The notes below the pieces were generated by a model, which worked only from the letters and a program-made list of their open reading frames with translations, was not told the origin of the DNA and did no database searches. DNA of 64,000 nucleotides from Conexivisphaerales archaeon (GTDB taxonomy: Archaea > Thermoproteota > Nitrososphaeria > Conexivisphaerales > UBA164). Below, one piece after another: positions 46,585 to 56,343 of the stretch; the stretch's first letter is position 1; each line of letters opens with the position of its first letter. The stretch spans positions 4,085 through 68,084 of the forward strand of contig JAVBJD010000002.1 in NCBI GenBank assembly GCA_030756715.1, in the 5' to 3' direction. A program made the translations under genes and the position numbers.

Positions 46585-47862
46585 TTAACTCTGCTCCCCC
46601 CTGTTTGATATAAATTCTTCGACCTTAATCAAGCTTTGTTTGTACAGATCATCAAAAACTAACTTTCCGTCTTTTTTCAAGTAAACCCCGTCAGAAATAA
46701 CGTCTTTTATAATCTCCGGATTGCCCTGATAGCCTAGAGCAGATATCATGTCCCATGAAGGATAAATTTTGCTCAGGTCGAATGTTATAAAATCCGCATT
46801 ATAGCCGGGTTTTATCGTACCAGAGCTTACCCCTAAAGCCCGATTGCCGTTTAATGATGCCATGTGCATTGCGTCTTTAACTGAAATGCCTAAGCTTGTG
46901 GTTGAAGCCCTTGACAACAGAGTTGCGAGCCTTATCTCGTTAAAAATGTTCAGTGTCTCTGAGCTTCCTGGCCCATCTGTGCCAATGGTTATCTGTATGC
47001 CTTTATTCTTCATTGCATTTATTTTTGCTATACCGCTTCCCAGCCTCGAGTTGGAAAATGGACAATGAGAAACAAATATGTTGTCTCTTGCCAGTTTGTT
47101 GAATCTAACAGGATCTAAATGAACTGCATGCGCAAGTATAAGCCATTTATCCAAAGCGTCAAGCCTTTCTAAAATTTGTATGGGATCATCGTTGTTATAA
47201 ACCTTTTTTATTTCCTCAATCTCTTCTTTGTTCTCAGCGAAGTGTATCTGGTACTTGAAGCCTTCTAGGCTGAAAAGCTGCTTTAACAATTCTTCGCTAA
47301 CTGCATAGAGAGAGTGAGGTGAAATGAAAACTTCAAATCCTTCGCTTTTAAGATCGCTTGATATGCTTTTTATGTTTTTTAGCCTCTTCCAGCTTTCCTC
47401 TTCCATGTAAGGCACTTTGTCCATAAAAGCAAGGCCAAGCTTTACCTTGATAGGCAAGCCTATCTCTTTAACCGCCCTGACCATCGGTTGTATGTCATAA
47501 AAATCAAGCACAGCTGTGACGCCAGAGTTTATCAGCTCGCCAAGGCCTAGGACGTCAGCGTAGTACAAAAGTTCATAATTTAATTTTGACTCTATCTGCC
47601 ATACTTCTTGCAACCAATCATAAAGAGCTTTGCTTTCTCCTATACCTCTGAGCGCAACCATTCCTACGTGCGCATGTGTGTCAGCAAAAGAAGGAGCTAT
47701 AACTACGTTACCCAGGTCATTAATTTCATCTGCTTCCTTTTTTAATTCATCGGTTTTTCCAACTTTAACTATTTTTTTATCCTCAACGAGAACAGAAAAA
47801 TCGTTAAAAAGTTTGTTTAAATAATCAGTTAATAAGTACTTGCCTTTAAAGAGTTTTTTCAT
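46585..47862 (-). CDS. Amidohydrolase (MTA/SAH deaminase-like)
   Basis: DTHAH, SPHSLY, IHFAE, AHAVH, GTDG. Confidence 0.87.
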   Translation of the reverse strand: MKKLFKGKYLLTDYLNKLFNDFSVLVEDKKIVKVGKTDELKKEADEINDLGNVVIAPSFADTHAHVGMVALRGIGESKALYDWLQEVWQIESKLNYELLYYADVLGLGELINSGVTAVLDFYDIQPMVRAVKEIGLPIKVKLGLAFMDKVPYMEEESWKRLKNIKSISSDLKSEGFEVFISPHSLYAVSEELLKQLFSLEGFKYQIHFAENKEEIEEIKKVYNNDDPIQILERLDALDKWLILAHAVHLDPVRFNKLARDNIFVSHCPFSNSRLGSGIAKINAMKNKGIQITIGTDGPGSSETLNIFNEIRLATLLSRASTTSLGISVKDAMHMASLNGNRALGVSSGTIKPGYNADFITFDLSKIYPSWDMISALGYQGNPEIIKDVISDGVYLKKDGKLVFDDLYKQSLIKVEEFISNRGEQS

Positions 47863-48533
47863 TGTTTCTTAGTGTATATTTCTGCAAATTCTACTTGGTT
47901 TATTTCTGGAATTATATCCAAAATGTCACTGGCAATCGCTCTTTTTATATACTGCAGCCCGTCTGTCAGGAAATACTGCTCTGGAATTTCAATCCTTACC
48001 TTGTTTTGATCAACCTTGTACGTTGGATTCTGGATATCTATTCTTCTCCGTATGAGCCTTTCTATTTTCTCGTTCAGGTCTGTTATTTCTTTAACTATTT
48101 CTATCTCATAAACTAACGTTTTACCGGCCAGCTTGTCATTAAAGTCTACCTGAACCCTGCCGCTGTTGATCGATATGACTGTTCCTATCTGGCCGTTATA
48201 TTCAATTTCATCCCCAACCTTAACGTCCTTTGCTCTATCTCCGAATTTTCTCAGTGGTATAACCTTTATCTTTGATGGATCGCGGTTACCAAAAGCTTTT
48301 TCTGGAGTGACTTCGATCGTGACTTTATCGCCTACGTTAAGTTTCTGAATTTCCTCGTCAAGTGCTTTAAGTATCCAGCCCTTTCCGACAGCAATCAGCT
48401 TTGGCTCATATTTTGTTCCTTCTTTGTAAATTTTGTTTGCCTTTGCTACTTCTTCTACAGTAGTTTCTATGATTTCTCCTGTTTCCTTTATCTTTGTTGT
48501 GTAATTTATTAATATCAGAGAGTTTTGGTTCAA
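47859..48533 (-). CDS. slyD: FKBP-type peptidyl-prolyl isomerase (archaeal long SlyD type)
   Basis: P..AFG.RDP, GRVQVDFN..LAGK.L. Confidence 0.9.
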   Translation of the reverse strand: MNQNSLILINYTTKIKETGEIIETTVEEVAKANKIYKEGTKYEPKLIAVGKGWILKALDEEIQKLNVGDKVTIEVTPEKAFGNRDPSKIKVIPLRKFGDRAKDVKVGDEIEYNGQIGTVISINSGRVQVDFNDKLAGKTLVYEIEIVKEITDLNEKIERLIRRRIDIQNPTYKVDQNKVRIEIPEQYFLTDGLQYIKRAIASDILDIIPEINQVEFAEIYTKKQ

Positions 48534-49699
48534 ACGCTATCTAACCCCTTTAACTTTTCCTCTGCCACCTCTATAGCTTTTTCAACATTAACATTTATGC
48601 CTTGCGCTATCATTGAATGGCCAACAGCGAGTATAGTTGGCAGTATCTTTGAGCGCTCAATTATTCCCATGTTACCTATTCTGAATATCTTCCCTTTGAG
48701 TTCACCGAAGCCACCAGTTATAACTATGTTGTAATTGTTTTCTAAGTATTTTCTGAATTTTACATCATCAACACCCTGTGGGTACTTTATTGAAATTACT
48801 ACGTTTGACCTGAACCTTTCCTCAACAAACGGTTGGAGCCCCATAGTTTCAAATGCCTTGTAATAAGCCTCTGCACCTATCTTGTGTTTTTGAATAATTT
48901 TGTCCAAGCCTTGTGCAGAAATCTTCTGCAAGGCGGTCTCAAGCGCGTAGAAAATTGGAAGCGCGGGCGTAAACGGAGTTTCAAACTTAGCCAAGAAATC
49001 TACGTAAGAGGCATAGTTAAAATACGTTGTTAAAGGAGGATCTTTTCTTACATAGTTAACAACATCGTCGCTAACACCTACCAGAGCAAGTCCTGGAGGT
49101 GTAAAGAGACACTTTTGGCTGCCCGCTATCACGACGTCCGCGTGCCATTCGTCCATCGGTAAAATATCTCCACCAAACACCGATATAGCATCTATAACGT
49201 AAAACATTCCATATTTTTCAGCTATGTCACCTATTTCTTTTGCGTATCTGTATGTTGTTCCGGGTGAGGTGTCATTATAAACTAAAAATATTCCTTTTGC
49301 GTCTTTGTTTTCAGAAACTGCATTTTCAATTTGTTCAACAGAAGGTGCAGTTCCAAAAGGCGCGTTTACTCTGACAACTTTCCCACGAGCTGCTTCGATT
49401 TGCTGCGCGAGCCTGCCGCTGAATTCACCGAAAACGGGTACTATAGCTTTATCTCCTGGTCTTATGATGTTCATGACAGCAGATTCCGCTCCGCCTGTTC
49501 CTGATGACGATAAAACTATGACGTTGTATTTTGTCTGAAAGATCTGCTTGCTTATCCTTTCTATATTTGCCATAAGCTGATGGAATTCCTCTCCTCTGTG
49601 ATTAATTACAGGCTTACTCATTGACATAAGGACATCGTCTGGAACATCTACAGGACCTGGTAGCATTATTGATTTCCTTTTAATTTCCATTTCAGTCAC
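48530..49699 (-). CDS. Class V aminotransferase (serine-pyruvate / alanine-glyoxylate type)
   Basis: MLPGP, HRGEEF, SSGTGG.E, DAIS, GSQKCL, FRIGNMG. Confidence 0.92.
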   Translation of the reverse strand: MTEMEIKRKSIMLPGPVDVPDDVLMSMSKPVINHRGEEFHQLMANIERISKQIFQTKYNVIVLSSSGTGGAESAVMNIIRPGDKAIVPVFGEFSGRLAQQIEAARGKVVRVNAPFGTAPSVEQIENAVSENKDAKGIFLVYNDTSPGTTYRYAKEIGDIAEKYGMFYVIDAISVFGGDILPMDEWHADVVIAGSQKCLFTPPGLALVGVSDDVVNYVRKDPPLTTYFNYASYVDFLAKFETPFTPALPIFYALETALQKISAQGLDKIIQKHKIGAEAYYKAFETMGLQPFVEERFRSNVVISIKYPQGVDDVKFRKYLENNYNIVITGGFGELKGKIFRIGNMGIIERSKILPTILAVGHSMIAQGINVNVEKAIEVAEEKLKGLDSV

Positions 49700-49843
49700 C
49701 TTGTCTTAACCTTAAAATTATTCGTTAATAAACGTTTAACTTTTATTCAAGAAGGAGTGCTTTGAAAGCAATGCAATATTACTATATTAAATTTGTTTTG
49801 TGTTTATATATTATTAATTAAAAAATCCTAGAAAAGTGTGCTA

Positions 49844-50278
49844 TTAGATAGTGAACTCTAGCTGAAGCACTTCGAGTTTCTTACCACTTTCATGAGGATA
49901 TATAACCGTAGCGTTGTAGCTATCTCCAAATATTATAACTATAAGGTCCTGATCGCGATATATTTCTGCCTGAAAGCCCGCTACAAAGAGCGTGCCCAGT
50001 GAATTTATTCTGTTTATTACATCTCTGAGCAGATCAGAAAAACCATCTTCCAGTAATTTTTGACAGTTCAGAGCTCCATGATCTTCGTGGACGTCAACTT
50101 CAAATTCACAAAGATCGGAGGCGCTTTCCGAAGCGTTTTTAAGCTCTTTTTGAAGGTCTAAGTTTTCTTGAGTTGGAACGGCTTCAACTGATAGTAACGC
50201 GCTGGTATTGCCGTTTTCTCTCATCCTAGATATTTCCTTATCCAGCTTTTCCCAACCAGATGATGCCACTTTAAACAT
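49844..50278 (-). CDS. Hypothetical protein (acidic, no recognised motif)
   Basis: 144-aa ORF with ATG start and an upstream TATA-like aaaggttaataa. Confidence 0.55.
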   Translation of the reverse strand: MFKVASSGWEKLDKEISRMRENGNTSALLSVEAVPTQENLDLQKELKNASESASDLCEFEVDVHEDHGALNCQKLLEDGFSDLLRDVINRINSLGTLFVAGFQAEIYRDQDLIVIIFGDSYNATVIYPHESGKKLEVLQLEFTI

Positions 50279-50322
50279 TTGTTTCCCTCATGCTTAAGTA
50301 CAAGTGCTTGTTATTAACCTTT

Positions 50323-50543
50323 GTGAACTACCCCCGCCTTTGCAGTTGGGGCTTCTGCTTCACTGGCAAGACTCTTGACCTGCGATCGTGGAAGTCTCAC
50401 CGTCCTCAAGCATACCGTCTGCGTTCCACGGGCAAAACCCTTTCGGACAAAAATACTATATCAACTTCATTTTATAAATTTGTCTATAATGGGCTATCCG
50501 CCTCCTCCCTCACGTAAAGGAGACTTTGCCTCCATTAATCCGC
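50323..50543 (-). mobile_element. Non-autonomous IS200/IS605-family mini-element (omegaRNA/PATE-like), no ORF
   Basis: Minus strand ends gaagcagaagccccaactgcaaaggcgggggtagttcac; left end gcggattaatggaggcaaagtctcctttacgtgagggag preceded by TTTAT; homologous to 3643-3873. Confidence 0.72.
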
Positions 50544-50736
50544 ATAAAGTTAAATTTATTTCAAAAACGATAAGAAAAATGGTAGAGCGATCAACGTTAG
50601 GTTTGATTATTGACCTTATTAATATAGAACCAAAGCCTCGCATTTTTCATTACTGACAGGTGTGCTATGCGTTTTTGGGGAAAGATTAAATAATAAGCCC
50701 GTCAATGTTTTCAAAAAGTTAAAAACTGAAGGCAAA

Positions 50737-51984
50737 ATGCAGATAAAAGTGTTAGGTGCCGGAGGAAACATAGGTAATTCCGGCATTTTGATAAAAGATG
50801 ATTCAACTAGTTTACTCTTAGATTACGGATTAAATCCAGGTAAAAATATAGTACACCCATTACATGTAAGGCCAAAGGACGTTACCGCACTTATTACGAC
50901 TCACGCTCACCTTGATCATATAGGCTACGAACCTTACCTTTACATAGACGGGAACGTGCCTCATTATGCTACTAAAGTCACAATAGAGCTTACAGAACTT
51001 CTCTTATACGATCTACTGAACATTTCTGGCGATAAACTTCCGTTTACACAGCAAGAAGTAAAGAAACTCGTAAGGATGAGCAAAGCGGTAAATTATAACG
51101 AACCGTTTAACATAAACAATTTGGAATTAGAATTTCTGAACGCTGGGCATATTCCAGGAAGTTCTATGGTTTATGTAAAGGGAAGCAAAAAAGTTCTATA
51201 TACAGGAGATGTAAACCACATACAAACAAGGCTCTTGGAACCAGCTTCTTATGATCTACCAGAAGTAGATTATTTTGTATCCGAATGCACTTATGCCATG
51301 CAGGACCACCCTGAAAGAGACCAAGAAGAAAAAAGGCTTATAGATTTTTCAAACGAAATAATAGAAAATGGCGGAACTGTCCTTATTCCGGCCTTTGCTG
51401 TCGGAAGAGCCCAGGAGCTTGCTGAAATATTTTATTCCTATGGGTTTAAACACGACGTTTATATGGACGGAATGGCTCTCACGGTCAACGACATACTTTT
51501 AAATAATCCACAATTTTTAAGGGACCCAGAATTTTTAAGAAAGGCTCTAGGCAGAGTAAATTACGTCAACGGGTGGGAAGACAGAAGAAAAATAATAAAG
51601 GAACCATCCGCGATAATTTCGCCCGCAGGAATGCTAATGGGTGGAGCTTCTGTATTTTACAGCAAAAAGATTTCAAAAAATCCTAATAACGGCATAGCAA
51701 TTGTAGCTTATCAGGTTGAAGGAACACCTGGCAGATCATTGGTTGAAGACGGTACTTTAAATTTCAACGGAAATCATTACAACGTTAATGCAAAGGTAAG
51801 TAAGTTCGACCTTTCTAGCCATTCAGGTAGATCACAACTGCTGAGCATGTTCAAGTCATTAAAAGGTTCCCCAAAAATAATTCTCGTACACGGCGAACAG
51901 GAAAGCTGTGAAGCTTTTGCGTTAGAGCTAAATAGTATGGGGCTAAACGCTACATGTGCAAGGACGGGTGAAATAATTGAGTGA
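50737..51984 (+). CDS. MBL-fold beta-CASP ribonuclease (aCPSF1b/aCPSF2-like)
   Basis: LLDYG, THAHLDH, AGHIPGS, YTGD, FAVGRAQE, SSHSG, VHGE; start at ATG 50737. Confidence 0.92.
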   Translation: MQIKVLGAGGNIGNSGILIKDDSTSLLLDYGLNPGKNIVHPLHVRPKDVTALITTHAHLDHIGYEPYLYIDGNVPHYATKVTIELTELLLYDLLNISGDKLPFTQQEVKKLVRMSKAVNYNEPFNINNLELEFLNAGHIPGSSMVYVKGSKKVLYTGDVNHIQTRLLEPASYDLPEVDYFVSECTYAMQDHPERDQEEKRLIDFSNEIIENGGTVLIPAFAVGRAQELAEIFYSYGFKHDVYMDGMALTVNDILLNNPQFLRDPEFLRKALGRVNYVNGWEDRRKIIKEPSAIISPAGMLMGGASVFYSKKISKNPNNGIAIVAYQVEGTPGRSLVEDGTLNFNGNHYNVNAKVSKFDLSSHSGRSQLLSMFKSLKGSPKIILVHGEQESCEAFALELNSMGLNATCARTGEIIE

Positions 51985-52504
51985 AAAAAAGATAAACAAA
52001 CTTGAAATCGATCTGTATTTTCTTAACGGGTACGTTACGAGATACATTGACAGTTATAAAATCGCGGCATCTTTATACAATATGATCCTAAAAGAGCACA
52101 ATGACGTTGACCTTAAGGTAGATTTCAAACAGTTTGACGGTGATTATATATTAAGAGAAATAAAAGAAATAGTTCCCAAGAATCATCATTATGTATTTAT
52201 AGTTTCAGGCTTGCCAATGATCGATTCCTCTGGATCAAGGATTTTTGGTATTGTCGACCCAAAAGAAAGGGTCGCCGTGCTTAGCGAAGACAGGCTGGTT
52301 TCAGATCCAAAGCTTGCCAAAGAAAGGATAATGAAAGAAGCGGCGCACCTTATAGGCCACTTCTGGGGTCTTGGACACTGTTTAAATCAAACATGTATTA
52401 TGAGCTATGCAAAATCATTAAAGGACGTTGACAATAAATTGCCGATGCTCTGCAAGTCTTGCCAAGAAGACTTTAAGAAAGCTTATAATGAAATGATTAA
52501 ATGA
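51977..52504 (+). CDS. Archaemetzincin-like Zn protein lacking the catalytic Glu
   Basis: KEAAHLIGHFWGLGHC..C.MSYA..L.DVD.K...C..C. Confidence 0.82.
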   Translation: MSEKKINKLEIDLYFLNGYVTRYIDSYKIAASLYNMILKEHNDVDLKVDFKQFDGDYILREIKEIVPKNHHYVFIVSGLPMIDSSGSRIFGIVDPKERVAVLSEDRLVSDPKLAKERIMKEAAHLIGHFWGLGHCLNQTCIMSYAKSLKDVDNKLPMLCKSCQEDFKKAYNEMIK

Positions 52505-52543
52505 TTCTTTATAAGAATTAATAGTATTGTTTTTATATTACTA

Positions 52544-53704
52544 ATGGGAATATCTTTAAAATTGAATGACGAAACAGAAGCTATTCATGGGCACGATTAT
52601 CATGACGAGTTTGGCTCAAGGATACCCTCGATTCATCTATCAGCTATGTTCGAACAAAGGGGAGAAGCCAACAAAAGCGATAGAAACGTAGATCTTAAGT
52701 ACTCGAGGGAAGAAAATCCGACAGTCCGTTATCTTGAAAAGGTTATTTCAAAATTAGAAAAAGCAGAAGACTCGCTTGCTTTTTCGAGCGGAATGGCTGC
52801 TATAGCTTCATTATATTTAAATTCTCTTTCTTCAGGAGATGAGGCTGTTGTTACGTGTGAAGCTTATGGTACCACCGTTAAGCTTCTGGAGTACCTTTCC
52901 AAGTTTGGCGTCAAGGCTAAAATAGTCTTACCCTCTGCTGAAGAAATTGCGTCTGCAGTAACAAAAGATACAAAATTAGTTTTTGTTGAATCAATGACAA
53001 ATCCGACGCTAAAAGTCATAGATCTAGATCATGTGAAGGATTCAATAAAAGGCAAAGCAGAATTTGTGATAGATAATACATTTCTTAGTCCTGTTCTATT
53101 CAAGCCCATAGAAAGAGGTGCTGATGCTGTTATAGAAAGCCTCACAAAATATATATCAGGGCACAATGACGTCATAGGTGGAATAATTGCAGGGAAAAAA
53201 GAAAAAATCTTGCAGCTCTGGGAAACTAGAAGGATGACAGGATCTATTCTGAGTCCGTTTAACGCTTATCTTACTTTAAGGGGCCTCAAGACGCTTTATG
53301 CCAGAATTAGAATTCAGCAAGAGAGCTCCCTTAAAATCGCAAAATACCTTCTGAATAACCCTAAAATTGAAGAGGTGATGTATCCTTGCTTGGAATCAGA
53401 TCCTTACTACAATCTTGCAAAGAAGTATTTTAATGGATGTGGAGGCGTTATCAGCTTTAAAGTAAAAGGTGGAAAAGAAGAAGCGATCACGGTGCTAAAA
53501 AATCTGAAGTTAATAATTCCGTCTCCAAGCTTAGGAGGAACAGAATCCATAATGACTTATCCTGTTCTTTCTGCATCCTCTTCTCTTAATGATGATTGCA
53601 AGAAAAAGCTCGGCATAACAGAAAACCTCCTGAGGCTTTCAGTTGGCTTAGAAAACCCTGAAGACATAATAAGCGATCTTGAAGAAGCTTTGAGCTTTAT
53701 ATAG
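52544..53704 (+). CDS. metB: Cystathionine gamma-synthase / methionine gamma-lyase family PLP enzyme
   Basis: YSREENPT, FSSGMAA, DNTF, SLTKYISGHNDV, SLGGTES, RLSVGLE. Confidence 0.88.
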   Translation: MGISLKLNDETEAIHGHDYHDEFGSRIPSIHLSAMFEQRGEANKSDRNVDLKYSREENPTVRYLEKVISKLEKAEDSLAFSSGMAAIASLYLNSLSSGDEAVVTCEAYGTTVKLLEYLSKFGVKAKIVLPSAEEIASAVTKDTKLVFVESMTNPTLKVIDLDHVKDSIKGKAEFVIDNTFLSPVLFKPIERGADAVIESLTKYISGHNDVIGGIIAGKKEKILQLWETRRMTGSILSPFNAYLTLRGLKTLYARIRIQQESSLKIAKYLLNNPKIEEVMYPCLESDPYYNLAKKYFNGCGGVISFKVKGGKEEAITVLKNLKLIIPSPSLGGTESIMTYPVLSASSSLNDDCKKKLGITENLLRLSVGLENPEDIISDLEEALSFI

Positions 53705-53705
53705 A

Positions 53706-55394
53706 TCATTTAGAAGTATATATTGCCTTTATGGTGCCATTTTCCATAGATTCTATCTTGCAGAAGAATTTCCTTTCAAGCTGAACAACTTTGTCTATTT
53801 CATCTTTAAGCCCAGTTTCCGCCAGCCCACGCAGTTCACTGCCATCATCTGTTAAAACGCTTATTTTAAGAGTTATATCTGACGGCAACCAGTGCAGATG
53901 CGGAAATTCTTTTGCTCTCATAAGATCGTTATCAGTATACTCAGCGTAGTCTTTTTTGAGGACAAAGTTGCCCAGGCCCATAAACCTTACATTTTTGCCT
54001 AGGTTTGATTCGTAGTCATTTTTCTCAAGAATTATTTCTGCCTTGCTAAGCGTTATCTCTCTTATTTCACTCTTTCTGTTAGGATGCTTATAAAGCTGAA
54101 CAGTTTTTGGCACTTCCACATTTTTTAATGAAATTTTAACGTATGGCTCAAATACAGCAAAATATCTGTTAGCCACAGGGTCTATCAGCTTCCTGTTTAT
54201 CGCATAGAGGTTTTCCATACTTATTATAGCGTCGTTTGTATTTATTCCCATTGAAAGCACCAGCTGCTTAATGGCTTCCGGCATTATACCCCTTCTTTTT
54301 AAAGCCCTTAGAGTGGCTAATTTTATATCGTCATAACCGCTGTAGATGCCGGTTTTGATTCCTTTTTCAATTTCAGATTTGCTGAGCGGCTTACCTTCTA
54401 TCATGAGCCTCCCGTAGTGTACAGCATATGGGTACTTCCATCCGAATGCAGAATAAAGATATTTCTGCCTGACCATGTTTACGAAATGTTCTTGTCCTCT
54501 GAATATGTGAGTTATTCCCATAAGGTGATCATCTATCGCTGAAGCCCAGTTGTAAAGAGGCCATACCCTGTATTTGTTTCCAACTATCGGATGCGCATAC
54601 CTTTCTGTATCTATAATTCTTAGAGCTGGCCAGTCCCTTACTGCTGGATTGGGATGTGAAAGGTCTGTTTTTACCCTTACAACGGCTTCGCCCTCTTTAT
54701 ACTCGCCTGAAAGCATCTTTTCCCATCTCTTAATCTGCTCTTTTACTGAGAGTTCTCTGTCAGGACATGGTTTCTGCTGCATTACGTATTCTTTGAACTT
54801 CTGCCTGTCACATTCAGTTATGTAAACGGCTCCTATTTTGATGGCTTTTTCGACGTAATCATAATAAATGGGCAACCTTTCGCTCTGATAATATTCTTCA
54901 TCCCATTTTATGCCTAACCATTGAAGGTCTTCTTCTATATATTTGTAGTATTTTAAATCTGACCGTTTTAACCTTGGATCGGTGTCTTCAAACCTTAAGA
55001 TGAATTTTCCTTTATAGAGTTTTGTATACTCATAAGACAAAATAGCTGCTCTTGAAGAACCTAAATGAAGTACACTATTCGGATTTGGCGCAAAACGAGT
55101 TACAACTCTACCTGTTTCTGCTCCTTCAAGAGGGGGTAGTTTGATTTCTTGCTTCTTTTTCTCCTCAAACTCTCCAGCTAGCTCTTTCTGTTTTTCAGGC
55201 GTCAAGTTCGTTACATAATCGCAAACCTCTTTAACTAAAGGCAATATTTCCTTTAACTTTGGTTTTAAATCTGGTCTCTCAGATACTATTTTTCCTATGA
55301 CCGCAACTTGATCAGCTTTACCTCCGTGCTTTGCCGCGTTTTGGGCTGCATACTTTATTATTAATGATCTTAACTCATCATCGCTGTCGCTCAA
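53706..55394 (-). CDS. gltX: Glutamate--tRNA ligase (archaeal)
   Basis: TRFAPNPN..LHLG, RFEDTDP, RDWPALRI, LSKS. Confidence 0.96.
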   Translation of the reverse strand: MSDSDDELRSLIIKYAAQNAAKHGGKADQVAVIGKIVSERPDLKPKLKEILPLVKEVCDYVTNLTPEKQKELAGEFEEKKKQEIKLPPLEGAETGRVVTRFAPNPNSVLHLGSSRAAILSYEYTKLYKGKFILRFEDTDPRLKRSDLKYYKYIEEDLQWLGIKWDEEYYQSERLPIYYDYVEKAIKIGAVYITECDRQKFKEYVMQQKPCPDRELSVKEQIKRWEKMLSGEYKEGEAVVRVKTDLSHPNPAVRDWPALRIIDTERYAHPIVGNKYRVWPLYNWASAIDDHLMGITHIFRGQEHFVNMVRQKYLYSAFGWKYPYAVHYGRLMIEGKPLSKSEIEKGIKTGIYSGYDDIKLATLRALKRRGIMPEAIKQLVLSMGINTNDAIISMENLYAINRKLIDPVANRYFAVFEPYVKISLKNVEVPKTVQLYKHPNRKSEIREITLSKAEIILEKNDYESNLGKNVRFMGLGNFVLKKDYAEYTDNDLMRAKEFPHLHWLPSDITLKISVLTDDGSELRGLAETGLKDEIDKVVQLERKFFCKIESMENGTIKAIYTSK

Positions 55395-56343
55395 CCAAAC
55401 TGTTCACCATTTTAACCAACTCAGAATTTGCATCTCCAGAACCCAGATGCCCGATAGCTGATAAAGCATTATCCAGGTATCCCTTAATAATCTTTTTAAC
55501 GTCCTCTTCAATCCCAAGATTCCTGATCATTTCAACTGCTTCGTTAATTTCTTTTTCATCTGCTTTTTTACCATAAACCTGCAAAATCTTATTTTTGAGC
55601 TCTTCATCGGCTTTTTTTAAAGCCAGAAAGATTGGCAGAGTTGACTTGCCTTCTCTAAGATCCGATCCGACAGGCTTTTTTGTCACGCTTGGATCACCTA
55701 CAAGACCTAGTAGGTCGTCAGTGAGCTGGAATATTATCCCAAAGTTTTCACCGAACTTTATCGCATACTCCTCAAGGTCAAACCTCCCTGCTGCATAAAC
55801 CCCATAGAGAGCTGATAATATAAAAAGCGAAGACGTTTTCTTTTTTATCAGTTCATAATAGAAATCTTCGCTGAACTGTGCCGGAGGCTTTATGTCCATG
55901 TTTTGCCCTTCACAAAGATCTATAACGTACTTGCTCAACGCCGTTACTGATTTATGAAACTTTCTTTCGTCATCCTTAAAAGGTTTAACGTCGTCAAGAA
56001 CTTTGTATCCCATGGCAAAAAGCAAGTCTCCTGCAAGTATAGCAACAGGTTCTCCAAATACTTTATGAACGGTAGGCACCCCCCTTCTAAAATCATCGTT
56101 GTCCATTATGTCATCGTGAATTAGCGTGAAGTTATGTACAAGCTCTACTGAAGCCGCAGCAGGAATTATATCGACGGCGTCGCCCCCTAAAGCCTCGTAG
56201 ACCCTTGCGACCATCAGAGGCCTTAGCCGTTTCCCGCCAGCAAAAACTAAATGAGCTGATGCCCTATAAACTTCAAAATTCTTTGATAAAGTATCTTTAA
56301 GGTATTCATCCACTCTTTTCAAAAGAACTTCTTGTTTTATCAT
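55378..56343 (-). CDS. idsA: Geranylgeranyl diphosphate synthase (polyprenyl synthetase)
   Basis: GGKRLRP, LIHDDIMDNDDFRRG, GQ.MD, FQLTDDLL; ATG 56343 overlaps the fni stop. Confidence 0.93.
   Translation of the reverse strand: MIKQEVLLKRVDEYLKDTLSKNFEVYRASAHLVFAGGKRLRPLMVARVYEALGGDAVDIIPAAASVELVHNFTLIHDDIMDNDDFRRGVPTVHKVFGEPVAILAGDLLFAMGYKVLDDVKPFKDDERKFHKSVTALSKYVIDLCEGQNMDIKPPAQFSEDFYYELIKKKTSSLFILSALYGVYAAGRFDLEEYAIKFGENFGIIFQLTDDLLGLVGDPSVTKKPVGSDLREGKSTLPIFLALKKADEELKNKILQVYGKKADEKEINEAVEMIRNLGIEEDVKKIIKGYLDNALSAIGHLGSGDANSELVKMVNSLVERQR

Noticed and set aside
50290-50656. 75-aa and 93-aa ORFs over mini-element B
   Set aside because: No TnpA/TnpB motifs (no HUH, RuvC or Zn finger); they overlap each other and the element ends
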